Part shown: positions 7,779 to 15,421 of the stretch, one piece after another
Layout: each line of letters begins with the position of its first letter
Position numbering within the stretch: the stretch's first letter is position 1
Origin: Deinococcaceae bacterium
Lineage (GTDB): Bacteria > Deinococcota > Deinococci > Deinococcales > Trueperaceae
Direction of reading: 5' to 3'
Length of the DNA: 29,020 nt
NCBI GenBank assembly: GCA_040256005.1
Contig: JBDZWC010000026.1
Coordinates: forward strand, 1-29,020
Made by a program: the position numbers and the translations under genes
The notes under the pieces: model-generated
The model's input: only the letters and a program-made list of their open reading frames with translations
What the model was told of the DNA's origin: nothing
The model's database searches: none

Positions 7779-10178
7779 CTAGGGCAGCGTGATGCGGTGC
7801 AGCCGCACGGTCACGTCGCCCAGGTGGCTCGGCACCGCGTTGGGCCGGCGCGCGGCCGCCAAGGCCTCGCCGTCCGGCGGTAGGCCCGGTAGCACCTCGG
7901 CGTAATCGAGCACGATGGGACCCGAGGTTCGCAGCGACAGCTCGATGACACGACCGTCGCAGGCAGCGCCGCTGCACACGATCGTGTGAGCACGGAGCCC
8001 CGGATCGCGCCCGAAGTCCCACGCGTTCGGGGTGCCGACGAAGCGCACCTCCGCGGTCGCCGCCTCGGGCGGCAGGCGAAGGACGGTACGGAGGACAGGG
8101 GCCGAGGTCGTGAGCCGCAACCTCAACACGCGCTCGTTCCCAGACGTCTCGTCCGACAGGACCTCAACGCTCGGCGCGGCTCCGGAGCCGGCCGGAGCCA
8201 TCGCGTGGAAGTACCTCGTGCTGGACCAGGGCAACAGGGGCGCCGGCTCCTGCCACTCGACCACGTTGGCGACGTCCGCGGGCAGGGGACCGCCGGGCTC
8301 GGCGGCCGCCAGCCACCGCGCCGCGGTCAGCTCTCCCTCCTCCCACTCCTCGAGCTGCGTGAAGGTCAGGTGCCGTGGCCTCGCCGCCGTGTACGCGGGC
8401 ACGGCCAGCGCGATGCCGAAGCCGAACAGGGCCGGCACCGCTGCGGCCGCGGCCGCCAACAGCGCGGCGCGGGCGCGCCGCTCGTGCCCCGGGCGCTCGG
8501 GGGGCGGAGAGTGGGGCTGAGGGACCTCGGCGGCGGCTTCAATGCCGCCCCGTCTGGGGCGGTAGGCCCGCACTCCGGCCAGCAGAGGTGTCGCCGTCGT
8601 CGCCACGAGGCCCACGACCACGGCGATCGGACCGGCGAAGCCCAGACCCAGGCCGCTCTCGAGGTCGAGGGCGAGCGGGAGGAGCACGCAGGCGGCGCCG
8701 GCCGCGCTGAGGAAGGTGGCCGCGGCCGTCAGCAGCGCGCCTCTTGGGCGCGCCACCGCCGTGACGACGTGCAGAGCGGTCGCGACGAGCAACACCAGCA
8801 GGAGCTCGGCGCTGGCGCTAGGCAGGACGATGGCCACCGTGAGGGTCGCCGCCGCCCACAGCGTCCACGCGCCCAGCGTCAGTCCCCACCTCCCGGCCGT
8901 GCGCGCCACCACGGCTACCGACAGCGCTGCGGCGGTCCCGGCCAGTCCCCACACGGCCATCCGAGCCGGCAGTGGCTGGGCCCAGAAGGGCTGGCCCTCG
9001 GGGCGCATCAGCGTCAGCAGGCCGGACACGCCGGCGCCCAGAAGACCGGCGAACCCGACCGCGACGACCGACGCCACGAAGCCGAGGGCCCAACCGGCCA
9101 GCGTGACCTGACCACCGCGCCACGCCAGCAGGAGCGTCGCCAGCAGGCCCAGCACAGCGATGGCCGCCAACGGCAGGGCCCAGCGTATGGGCGACATGGC
9201 GACAAGGCCGGGAGCGACGTACGTGTAGATCGCCCCGCCTGCCGGCGGGTCAGACAGGTCCGCCTGCGCGTACGCACGCGCGGCGGCCAGCACGTTCTCC
9301 CCCTGGTGCTGGAGGCTCGCCGGCGACAGGTGCGCCAGGTCGTCCAGAGGCGTGTGGTAGAGCTGCAGCCCGTCCACGTACGCGAAGTTGACGCCCGCGA
9401 TGCCGGCCGACTTGTACTCGGTCAGATCGGTGTCGTTGGGCAGTAGCTCGTAGACCTGGTAGAGCAGCGAGCTCGTCATGGGCCGGGGCGCCTCGGCCGC
9501 GAAAGCTCGGATCAGCCAGTGGTTGTCCCGACTCGTCTCGAACAGGAGGCTCGCGCCGCGTGTGCCGCGCGCCTCGACGTTCACGACGACGGCGACCTCG
9601 CGCGACAAAGGGTGCGACAGGAACGCCCTGGCCCCCAGAAGTCCCGCCTCCTCGCCGTCGCTGAACAGCAGCGCGACGCGGTTCGTGAGCCCGCCGTCCG
9701 AGAGCAGGTGGCGCGCCGCCTCGAGCACGGCGGCGACACCCACCAGGTCGTCGGACACGCCCGGACCGGCCGCTACCGAGTCGTAGTGGGCGGTCAGGAG
9801 CACGACCGGGCCGGCGTCCGGGCCCGGCAGGGTCGCGATCACGTTCACCACGTCACCGCACAGCTCGAAGCGCAGGTTGCACGCGAAGGCGTCCTGCAGC
9901 TCGGGCTCGAGCCCCAGCCCGGTGAGCTCGTCCACCAGGCGTTCGCGCAGCGCGGCGTTGGCGGCACTGCCCACCGGATGAGGGGAGCCGTCGCCGACGA
10001 GGCGTTCGAGCACGGGCATGGCGCGGCCGGCCGCGAACACGTCTGCCGGTGCGTCGGGCCCGAGGGGCGCCGATGGTGCCGACGCCAGCTGGCCGAGCAC
10101 TAGGCCGAGCGCCAGCGGCGTCCATGCCAGCAGCGCGCGAGCCCAGGCAGGCAGGGAGTAACCGGACGTGAGCTTCAC
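7779..10178 (-). CDS. Integral-membrane M28 family zinc metallopeptidase (ERMP1/Pff1-like architecture)
   Basis: AHYDSV, GVSDD, DGEEAGLLGA, NVEARG, NDTD, YHTPLD M28 motifs followed by about 8-9 TM helices and a soluble C-terminal domain. Confidence 0.88.
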   Translation of the reverse strand: MKLTSGYSLPAWARALLAWTPLALGLVLGQLASAPSAPLGPDAPADVFAAGRAMPVLERLVGDGSPHPVGSAANAALRERLVDELTGLGLEPELQDAFACNLRFELCGDVVNVIATLPGPDAGPVVLLTAHYDSVAAGPGVSDDLVGVAAVLEAARHLLSDGGLTNRVALLFSDGEEAGLLGARAFLSHPLSREVAVVVNVEARGTRGASLLFETSRDNHWLIRAFAAEAPRPMTSSLLYQVYELLPNDTDLTEYKSAGIAGVNFAYVDGLQLYHTPLDDLAHLSPASLQHQGENVLAAARAYAQADLSDPPAGGAIYTYVAPGLVAMSPIRWALPLAAIAVLGLLATLLLAWRGGQVTLAGWALGFVASVVAVGFAGLLGAGVSGLLTLMRPEGQPFWAQPLPARMAVWGLAGTAAALSVAVVARTAGRWGLTLGAWTLWAAATLTVAIVLPSASAELLLVLLVATALHVVTAVARPRGALLTAAATFLSAAGAACVLLPLALDLESGLGLGFAGPIAVVVGLVATTATPLLAGVRAYRPRRGGIEAAAEVPQPHSPPPERPGHERRARAALLAAAAAAVPALFGFGIALAVPAYTAARPRHLTFTQLEEWEEGELTAARWLAAAEPGGPLPADVANVVEWQEPAPLLPWSSTRYFHAMAPAGSGAAPSVEVLSDETSGNERVLRLRLTTSAPVLRTVLRLPPEAATAEVRFVGTPNAWDFGRDPGLRAHTIVCSGAACDGRVIELSLRTSGPIVLDYAEVLPGLPPDGEALAAARRPNAVPSHLGDVTVRLHRITLP

Positions 10179-10184
10179 CGACGG

Positions 10185-11528
10185 CTAGCTTGGCACGGAA
10201 GCCGGGCTCTCTCTCACGGCCCCGAGCAGCCGCGGCCACGCCGCGGTGAGGGTGAGCGCGCGTGCCGCCAGCTGGACCATCAGCGCCAACCACAGGCCGT
10301 GGTTGCCCAGCGCCGTCCCCAGCACGAACGAGGCCACCACGTAGATCGCCGTCGAGAGGATCATCGAGTCCCGCAGGGCCCTGGTGCGCACGGAGCCGAA
10401 GTACACGCCGTCCCACAGGAACGCCCAGACGGCCACCAGCGGCGTCAGCACCTGCCAGCCCCAGAACCTCCGCGCCAGCTCGACAAGCTGTTCGCTGGTG
10501 GTGAGCAGAGGAAGGAAGACGCCCGGCACGGCCGCGACGAACGCCGCCAGGAGCGCGCCCCAGCCGATCGCCATCACCGCCCCACGCGAGACGACGTGTC
10601 GCAGGGCAGCGGGGTCCCTGGCGCCGACGGCGCGGCCGGCGTAAACCTCGACGCCGAGGGACACGCCGTCGATGAGCGTAGCCAACAGCAGGTAGGACTG
10701 CAGGAGCAGCTGGTTGGCGGCCAGGACCTCGGTGCCGAGCCGAGCGCTGCGCTCGTTGAGCAGGGCGAGGCTGAGGCTCAGGAGCACCGTGCGCACGACC
10801 AGGTCGGTGTTGGCAGCCAGCAGGCGGCGCCATGCCGCCCGGTCGAACACGTGCACGAGGCCGGCCCGCCAGCGCGGCAACGGGACTTGGCGCAGCACGA
10901 GAACGCCGATGAGGGCAGTCGCCGCCACCTCGGCGGCCACGGTCGCCCACGCCGCGCCGGCGATGCCAAGGCCGCGGCCCAGCACCAGGTAGGCGCTGAG
11001 GGCGCCGTTGAAGGCGGTCATGAAAGCCTGCGAGGCGAGCAGGGTCCTGGGGCGGCGCGTACCCATCAGCCAGGCCTGCAGAGCGTAGAGCGAGAGGGTC
11101 AGCGGCACACCCAGGATGCGGATGCCGAAGTAGGTGCGCACGTAGCCGGCCACCTCGGGCTCAGGGGCGATAAGCGCCAGGCCCAGGGACACGAGCGGGC
11201 CCTGCAGCACGACCAGCGCGACGCCCCCCACCAGCGCGGCGACGAGGGGGCGCAGGCCCTCGACCACGATGCCCAGTTCGTCGCCGCGGCCGGCTGCCTG
11301 GGACACGAGACCGGTGGTGGTGAAGCGCAGGAAGCTGAACGACCAGGCGATCGTCGTGAAGATGGTCCCCGCCACCCCCACGGCGGCGATGAGCGCCGGG
11401 TCGCCCGTTCGGCCCAGGACCGCGACGTCGATCAGGCCCATGAGAGGCACCGTCATGCCGGCGAGCATGGCGGGTACTGAGAAGCGCACGAGGCGCGCGA
11501 TGGTGGGGTAGAGCTCGCCCGTCGCCAA
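10185..11528 (-). CDS. MATE family efflux transporter (DinF-like)
   Basis: PLMGLIDVAVLGR, FSFLRFTTTGLVSQAAG, YFGIRI, LGIAGAAWAT, LAANQ, WDGVYFG, GNHGLWLA; about 12 TM; TTG start 8 nt after a TAGGAT box. Confidence 0.9.
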   Translation of the reverse strand: MATGELYPTIARLVRFSVPAMLAGMTVPLMGLIDVAVLGRTGDPALIAAVGVAGTIFTTIAWSFSFLRFTTTGLVSQAAGRGDELGIVVEGLRPLVAALVGGVALVVLQGPLVSLGLALIAPEPEVAGYVRTYFGIRILGVPLTLSLYALQAWLMGTRRPRTLLASQAFMTAFNGALSAYLVLGRGLGIAGAAWATVAAEVAATALIGVLVLRQVPLPRWRAGLVHVFDRAAWRRLLAANTDLVVRTVLLSLSLALLNERSARLGTEVLAANQLLLQSYLLLATLIDGVSLGVEVYAGRAVGARDPAALRHVVSRGAVMAIGWGALLAAFVAAVPGVFLPLLTTSEQLVELARRFWGWQVLTPLVAVWAFLWDGVYFGSVRTRALRDSMILSTAIYVVASFVLGTALGNHGLWLALMVQLAARALTLTAAWPRLLGAVRESPASVPS

Positions 11529-11575
11529 GCCAGCGCATCCTACTCAAGACGCCTAATGGCCCGCTAAGGCGCCCC

Positions 11576-11607
11576 TGCTACGGTCGCCTCCAAGCCGCTT
11601 GGAGGTG
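11576..11607 (+). promoter_or_regulatory. Extended -10 (TGcTACGGT) followed by an inverted repeat covering the dodecin SD
   Basis: TG 11576-77, TACGGT 11579-84; CCTCCAAG-CCG-CTTGGAGG 11587-11605 contains the GGAGG SD. Confidence 0.55.
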
Positions 11608-11611
11608 CAGC

Positions 11612-11875
11612 ATGTCGGTCGTCAAGGTGATCGAGGTCCTGGCGCAGTCGGAGAAGAGCTTCGAGGACGCTGTCCAGGTCGCTCTGCGCGAGGCCTCGCG
11701 CTCGGTGCGGAACATCAAGTCCATCTACGTCAAGGAGATGCAGGCCATCGTCGACGGCGACCGCATCGCCGAGTGGCGGGTCAACACCAAGATCTCCTTC
11801 GTCATAGACCACGGCTCGGGCGAGGGAGGTATGGACGGCGGCGGCATGGGATCGAGCCTCGAGCCCCAGGGCTGA
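11612..11875 (+). CDS. Dodecin family protein with Gly-rich C-terminal tail
   Basis: KVIEVLAQSEKSFEDAVQ.A...A..SVRNI...WRVNTKISF dodecin pattern; SD GGAGG. Confidence 0.9.
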   Translation: MSVVKVIEVLAQSEKSFEDAVQVALREASRSVRNIKSIYVKEMQAIVDGDRIAEWRVNTKISFVIDHGSGEGGMDGGGMGSSLEPQG

Positions 11876-11894
11876 AGCCCAGGCCCGGGCCGGC

Positions 11895-12422
11895 CTACCG
11901 CAGGACGAGGCTCATCCACAGCTCGTCGATCGACGCGCCGTCCACCCGCAGGGCGTCCGGCTCGACGCCGAAGGCGACGAACCCGAGGCGCTCGTAGAGC
12001 CGTCGCGCCGGTTCGTTGGCAGCGTTCACCGCGATGGTGACCCGGTCCACACCCGGCATGGCGCGCGCTGCCTCCAGCGCCGCCAGCATCAGACGCTTCG
12101 CCAGACCGCGCCCACGCTCGTCCGCCGTCACGTAGACGCCCCACACGAACGCCTTGTGACGCTCCTTGAGACCCGTCTGCCGCTTCAGCCCCACGCTGCC
12201 CACCAGGCGACCGGCCCTGAAGGCGCCGAAGACGCGCTGCGTCTCCGTGGGCGCGATGCGCTCGGCCACGGATGCCGGGTCACGGGCTAACTCGTCCTCG
12301 TAGCTGGATCCGAACGCCGTCGGGGCCAGCTTCAGGGCCTCCAGCCTGAGCTCACGGTAGGTAGCGGCGTCGCGCCCGGTGAGCGCGCGGACCTCCAGGT
12401 TCGTCTCTGCGTCTTGGGCCAA
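11895..12422 (-). CDS. GNAT family N-acetyltransferase
   Basis: YRELRLEAL..P.AFGSSYEDE, WGVYV...RGRGLAKRL (acetyl-CoA motif A), N..ARRLYERLGF. Confidence 0.88.
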   Translation of the reverse strand: MAQDAETNLEVRALTGRDAATYRELRLEALKLAPTAFGSSYEDELARDPASVAERIAPTETQRVFGAFRAGRLVGSVGLKRQTGLKERHKAFVWGVYVTADERGRGLAKRLMLAALEAARAMPGVDRVTIAVNAANEPARRLYERLGFVAFGVEPDALRVDGASIDELWMSLVLR

Positions 12423-12502
12423 CGGGCTAACGAACCCCCTCGCGTTGGCAGAGGCTACTACGTGTGCGATGCTTACCTTCCAGAGGGGAGAGGGTGGTGA
12501 GC

Positions 12503-12862
12503 ATGGACGTGCTCGAGATCTTCAAGGACTCGCCCAACGCCCGCACCTACTCGGCGGGCGAGGTCATCTTCAGTGCCGGCGACACGGCTCGCGAGATGTA
12601 CGTGCTCATCGAGGGTACCGTCGACATCGTCCTGGACGGCAAGAGCATCGAGGAGCTCAGGCCGGGCAACGTGTTCGGTGAGATGGCCATAGTCGACGAG
12701 GCCCCGCGGAGCGCCGATGCCGTGGCGCGCACCGACGTCAAGGTGGAGCCCATCGACCAGGACTGGTTCAAGCACCTGATCAGGCGCTCACCTACCTTCG
12801 GGCTGCACGTGATGTCGGTGATGGCGCAGAGGCTGCGCCGGTACATGCGACCCCTCAACTAG
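12503..12862 (+). CDS. Stand-alone cyclic nucleotide-binding domain protein (119 aa, no HTH)
   Basis: GEVIFSAGD..MYVLIEG.V, FGEMAIVDEAPRSADAVA phosphate-binding cassette; purine-rich SD upstream. Confidence 0.88.
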   Translation: MDVLEIFKDSPNARTYSAGEVIFSAGDTAREMYVLIEGTVDIVLDGKSIEELRPGNVFGEMAIVDEAPRSADAVARTDVKVEPIDQDWFKHLIRRSPTFGLHVMSVMAQRLRRYMRPLN

Positions 12863-12935
12863 GCACCCCACTCGCCCTGTCGGAGCCTTAACCGTCCGGT
12901 CAACCTGGTCGCATCTTCGGGGGCGATACTCACGT

Positions 12936-13613
12936 ATGGGTCGGGGTGTCGTCCTTCTGATCGTGTGTGCCGTGCTCCTGGCCGCGGTGATCGTCACGCG
13001 GCCCTGGGAGGACGAGCCGCCAGAGGAGCGGAGCGCCCGACGGTCCCCTTCCCAGGCGGAGCTGACTTTCATGCCCACCCGCGATCCTGAGACGGCGCCG
13101 GTCAGCGAGGGCAGGACCGTGGCGTTGGGCGACACGAACGTCCTGCTGCGCTACCCGGAAGGGTTCGAGCTCGCCGTCGACGGCGCACAGCTGGTCCAGG
13201 CCCAGGCCGACGGTGCCTGCGGCGACGGCTTCGAGTACTGCGTCTACCCCCAGAGTCGCCCTCCGGGCGTGGTCGCGGCCGGGCTCGGTGTCTCGCGGCG
13301 GACCGACCTGGACAGCGAGGCCGCCTGCGTCCTCGATCCCAACGCGGCGTTCGCGGACAGCCTGCCGACGGTGGGCGGCGGCGGGGACCACGCTACCGCC
13401 ACGTTCGGCTGGGTGGCAGGAGAAGTGGCCGGCGGCAGGTCGGCGACGGAGCTCAGGCGCCTTTACTTCGGGGGCGCCTGCTTCGAGTTCGTCACGCGCG
13501 TGGTGGCCGGGAGCCCCGAGCTGGCTACCACGCTGGGCTCGGAACTGACCGCGATCGTGGCGGGCGTCGCGCTCCCCGACGGCAGGACAGGTCTCTGGTC
13601 CTCTGGTAGGTGA
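12936..13613 (+). CDS. Hypothetical exported or membrane-anchored protein, Cys-containing
   Basis: N-terminal hydrophobic helix, Pro/Ser linker, 4 Cys in the mature part; GATACT box 5 nt upstream of ATG. Confidence 0.65.
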   Translation: MGRGVVLLIVCAVLLAAVIVTRPWEDEPPEERSARRSPSQAELTFMPTRDPETAPVSEGRTVALGDTNVLLRYPEGFELAVDGAQLVQAQADGACGDGFEYCVYPQSRPPGVVAAGLGVSRRTDLDSEAACVLDPNAAFADSLPTVGGGGDHATATFGWVAGEVAGGRSATELRRLYFGGACFEFVTRVVAGSPELATTLGSELTAIVAGVALPDGRTGLWSSGR

Positions 13614-13714
13614 GACGCATCCTCCTTACGGCTGATGCGTGGCCTCAGGATGCGGGCCTAGCCTGTGGTCACGACGCGGGCGGCGAGCGCCGACCCGCCA
13701 GGGAGGAGAGCGAC

Positions 13715-14107
13715 ATGACCGACCAGCCACAGAACCCGCAGGGCGAAGACCCGCGCAGGCATTACACCGAGGAGTTCCGCGTCTCAGGCGAGCGGGTGCT
13801 CGCCAAGGTCAAGGAGCTGGTGCACGAGGGCAACGTGCGCCGCATCACGATCAAGAACGACGACGGCAAGGTCCTGATCGAGATACCCCTCACGCTGGGA
13901 GTCATCGGCACCGTGCTGCTGCCGGTGTGGGCTGCCATCGGCGCGATCGCAGCGCTGGCGGCCAACCTCACGATCGCCGTCGACCGCGTGGAGGGAGCCG
14001 AGAGGGCCGCTACTGAGAAGAGCACCTCCGAGGCCATGGCGGCCGGCCAGCAGGCCACCTCCGGCCTACCTCCGACCGGCACCACGGCAGGCACCGACGA
14101 GTTCTAG
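13715..14107 (+). CDS. DUF4342-type protein
   Basis: EEFRVSGE.VLAKVKELVHEGNVRRITIK..DGKVLIEIPLTLGVIG....PVWAAIGAIAAL pattern; SD GGAGGAG before ATG 13715. Confidence 0.8.
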   Translation: MTDQPQNPQGEDPRRHYTEEFRVSGERVLAKVKELVHEGNVRRITIKNDDGKVLIEIPLTLGVIGTVLLPVWAAIGAIAALAANLTIAVDRVEGAERAATEKSTSEAMAAGQQATSGLPPTGTTAGTDEF

Positions 14108-14110
14108 ACG

Positions 14111-15349
14111 CTAGAGCACGGGTTCTGCCACTCGGGCGGCCGCCGCGGCCGCCCGTCTCACGTCGTCGACCAGGTCCCGCTGGTCCTCGACGCCCACGCT
14201 GATGCGCACCAGACTCCTGGAGATCGACGCGGTGTCCAGCTCTACGCCGAGCAGCATGTGCGTGCTGGCGGCCGGCACGCAGGCTAGGGACGAGACGTCG
14301 CCCAGCGACACGGCGTGGTCTATGACGCGCAGCGCGCCGAGGAACGCCTCGGCTGCGTCGGGCCCGCCGCGCAGCTCCACCGAGACCATACCGCCGAAGT
14401 CGCGCATCTGCGCGGCGGCGACGTCGTGGCCGGGATGCCCCGGCAGGCCGGGGTAGTGAACGTGCTCAACGGCCGGCAGGCCGACGAGTGCCTGGGCGAC
14501 CGCCCTGGCGTTGCGGCAGTGGGCCTCCAAGCGCAGGTGCAGCGTCCGCATGCCACGCAGGACGAGGAACGCGGCGTGCGGGTCGAGCATGGCGCCTACG
14601 TGCCTCAGGCCCTCGAGCCTCACAGGCTCGAGCAGCTCGGCGCTCCCGGCGACGAAGCCGGCCAGCACGTCGCCGTGCCCCGCTAGGTACTTGGTGGCGG
14701 AGTGCACGACCAGGTCCACGCCCAGCTCGACGGGACGCGTCAGGTATGGGGTCGCGAAGGTGTTGTCGACCATCGTGAGCACGCCACGGCTCCGGGCGAT
14801 GCCCACCATCGCGCGCAGGTCGTGGATCCGCAGCGTCGGGTTGGTGGGGGTCTCGGCGTAGATCAGCTTGGTGCGCGCCGTGATGGCCTCTGGCAGGGTG
14901 GCGACGGTGGCTTCGCGGGTGCTCACGCCGAACCGCGCCAACAGGTCCCTCAGCAGCGCGGCCGTGCCGCCGTAGACGGGACCGAGCGTGACGACCTCGT
15001 CACCCTGTCCCAGGTGTGACAGGAAGGTCGCCGCGATCGCCCCCATGCCGGTCGCGAACGCGACGGCGGCCTCGGCGCCCTCGAGCGCGGCCAGCTTCGC
15101 CTCGGCGGCCGCCACGGTGGGGTTGCCGATGCGCGAGTAGATGCCGCCCTGCTCCTCGCCGCTGAACAGCCGGGCCCCGCGCTCGACGCTGCCCAGCAGG
15201 AACGTACTCGTCTGGTAGATGGGTGTGGCGTGGGCACCGCTCGCGGGGTCCGGGGTGTTGCCGGCGCGCACCGCCAGCGTCGCGAAGCCCCTGACGTCCT
15301 CGGGCTCCTTCACGTCTTCGTCGCCCACTGGCTCAGAACTTTGCGGCAT
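14111..15349 (-). CDS. PLP-dependent Cys/Met metabolism enzyme (methionine gamma-lyase / cystathionine gamma-lyase/synthase family); start 15349 or 15313
   Basis: PIYQTSTF, YSRIGNPT, FATGMGAI, ETPTNP, VDNTFATP, HSATKYLAGHGD (PLP lysine), VSLGD..SL...PAASTH, VRISVGVE. Confidence 0.9.
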   Translation of the reverse strand: MPQSSEPVGDEDVKEPEDVRGFATLAVRAGNTPDPASGAHATPIYQTSTFLLGSVERGARLFSGEEQGGIYSRIGNPTVAAAEAKLAALEGAEAAVAFATGMGAIAATFLSHLGQGDEVVTLGPVYGGTAALLRDLLARFGVSTREATVATLPEAITARTKLIYAETPTNPTLRIHDLRAMVGIARSRGVLTMVDNTFATPYLTRPVELGVDLVVHSATKYLAGHGDVLAGFVAGSAELLEPVRLEGLRHVGAMLDPHAAFLVLRGMRTLHLRLEAHCRNARAVAQALVGLPAVEHVHYPGLPGHPGHDVAAAQMRDFGGMVSVELRGGPDAAEAFLGALRVIDHAVSLGDVSSLACVPAASTHMLLGVELDTASISRSLVRISVGVEDQRDLVDDVRRAAAAAARVAEPVL

Positions 15350-15421
15350 AAGACACCATGACATCGGCCGGGCGACCGTCGGTGAGGCGGCGACTCGCGG
15401 CCAGACAACAACGGCCCCGGG

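Noticed and set aside
7678..8022. N-terminal extension of TldD in the ORF track (582 aa)
   Set aside because: Overlaps the M28 gene and is Arg/Ala-rich noise; family similarity starts at ATG 7677, which has its own -10 box
12463..12478. CRP-like site upstream of the cNMP-binding gene
   Set aside because: TGTGC-N6-TACCT is a poor match to TGTGA-N6-TCACA, and the protein has no DNA-binding domain
13615..13660. Alternative pairings and short GATGCG repeats upstream of the DUF4342 gene
   Set aside because: Only 6-8-bp matches, within chance expectation at this GC content
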